A DNA stretch of 64,000 nt from an uncultured Verrucomicrobiae bacterium (GTDB lineage: Bacteria > Verrucomicrobiota > Verrucomicrobiia > Chthoniobacterales > JAFAMB01), in NCBI GenBank assembly GCA_963782115.1, contig CAWAIK010000005.1, forward strand, positions 1 through 64,000, written 5' to 3'. Numbering within the stretch: position 1 is the first letter of the stretch; each line of letters starts with the position of its first letter. The notes beneath the pieces were generated by a model. It was not told the origin of the DNA, made no database searches, and saw only the letters and a program-made list of their open reading frames with translations. This document shows, in pieces, positions 63,579-64,000 of the stretch. A program made the translations under genes and the position numbers.

Positions 63579-64000
63579 CGTTGGCCGCTCTGGGTTAGAC
63601 GCTGCCGAAAGTCCTTGCAGAGCGCCCGCACATAAATGTCTTTTATCGGCACACGGGAAAGTCGGGAGCGATCGTTACGACCACGGCCCTGAGTTTGGCC
63701 CAGCCAGCTCCAGTTGGCCGCTCGATAGCAGGTCCCCCGGAAGCGCTCGCACTCAACAAAGGTCTCGGCCAAGTAAATTGGATGACCGTACTTGAGCTGC
63801 CAATTTGCGGAGAGCATCGACAGCGAAGCGCTTAACAAATAAGAAGCCAGATTTTTGACTCGCACCCAAGGTAGGATCAAAAAACGCTGGTTGTTTGCTA
63901 GGTAGCACAGGTTGGCTTCGCGCTGTGCTCTACTCCAGCCGATGAGCTGGTCACGAACTGCCAGCTTCCACGCCGCGGCCCCATAAAGCAGGCAAGCCAA
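63569..64000 (-). CDS. DUF4338-domain protein (partial), IS-associated
   Basis: ANNQRFLILPWV, LAETFV, GTCYRAANW; overlaps the transposase start. Confidence 0.85.
   Translation of the reverse strand: MACLLYGAAAWKLAVRDQLIGWSRAQREANLCYLANNQRFLILPWVRVKNLASYLLSASLSMLSANWQLKYGHPIYLAETFVECERFRGTCYRAANWSWLGQTQGRGRNDRSRLSRVPIKDIYVRALCKDFRQRLTQSGQRCS

Noticed and set aside
63569..64000. Druantia anti-phage system (DUF4338 is often labelled DruA)
   Set aside because: The ORF overlaps a transposase start and no other dru genes or large helicase are visible; IS-associated DUF4338 is more likely

Overview
Bacterial accessory region of roughly mid-50s % GC (by eye). Gene style suggests a soil Verrucomicrobiota/Chthoniobacterales-like host (inference only). 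Intact genes centre on envelope redox and stress: three divergent di-heme CcP/MauG-family proteins (one knocked out by an ISL3 in its signal peptide), a ResB/CcsA System II heme-attachment operon, a Tat-signalled oxalate decarboxylase, four aldo-keto reductases (two with Tat signals), an MFP-RND-MFP efflux operon, two MFS transporters, an alternative sigma-70 factor divergent from a small lipoprotein (module duplicated), a NarL-type regulator and a 2022-aa Ser/Thr kinase-AAA-GAF-PAS-GAF-His kinase. The space between them is filled with collapsed or fragmentary paralogs, ISL3, IS5-like and IS701-like elements, an IS110 remnant with a structured leader, at least two MITE families (one with a visible empty site and 8-bp TSD), REP-like palindromes and a possible group II intron fragment. 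No rRNA, tRNA or CRISPR array was seen.
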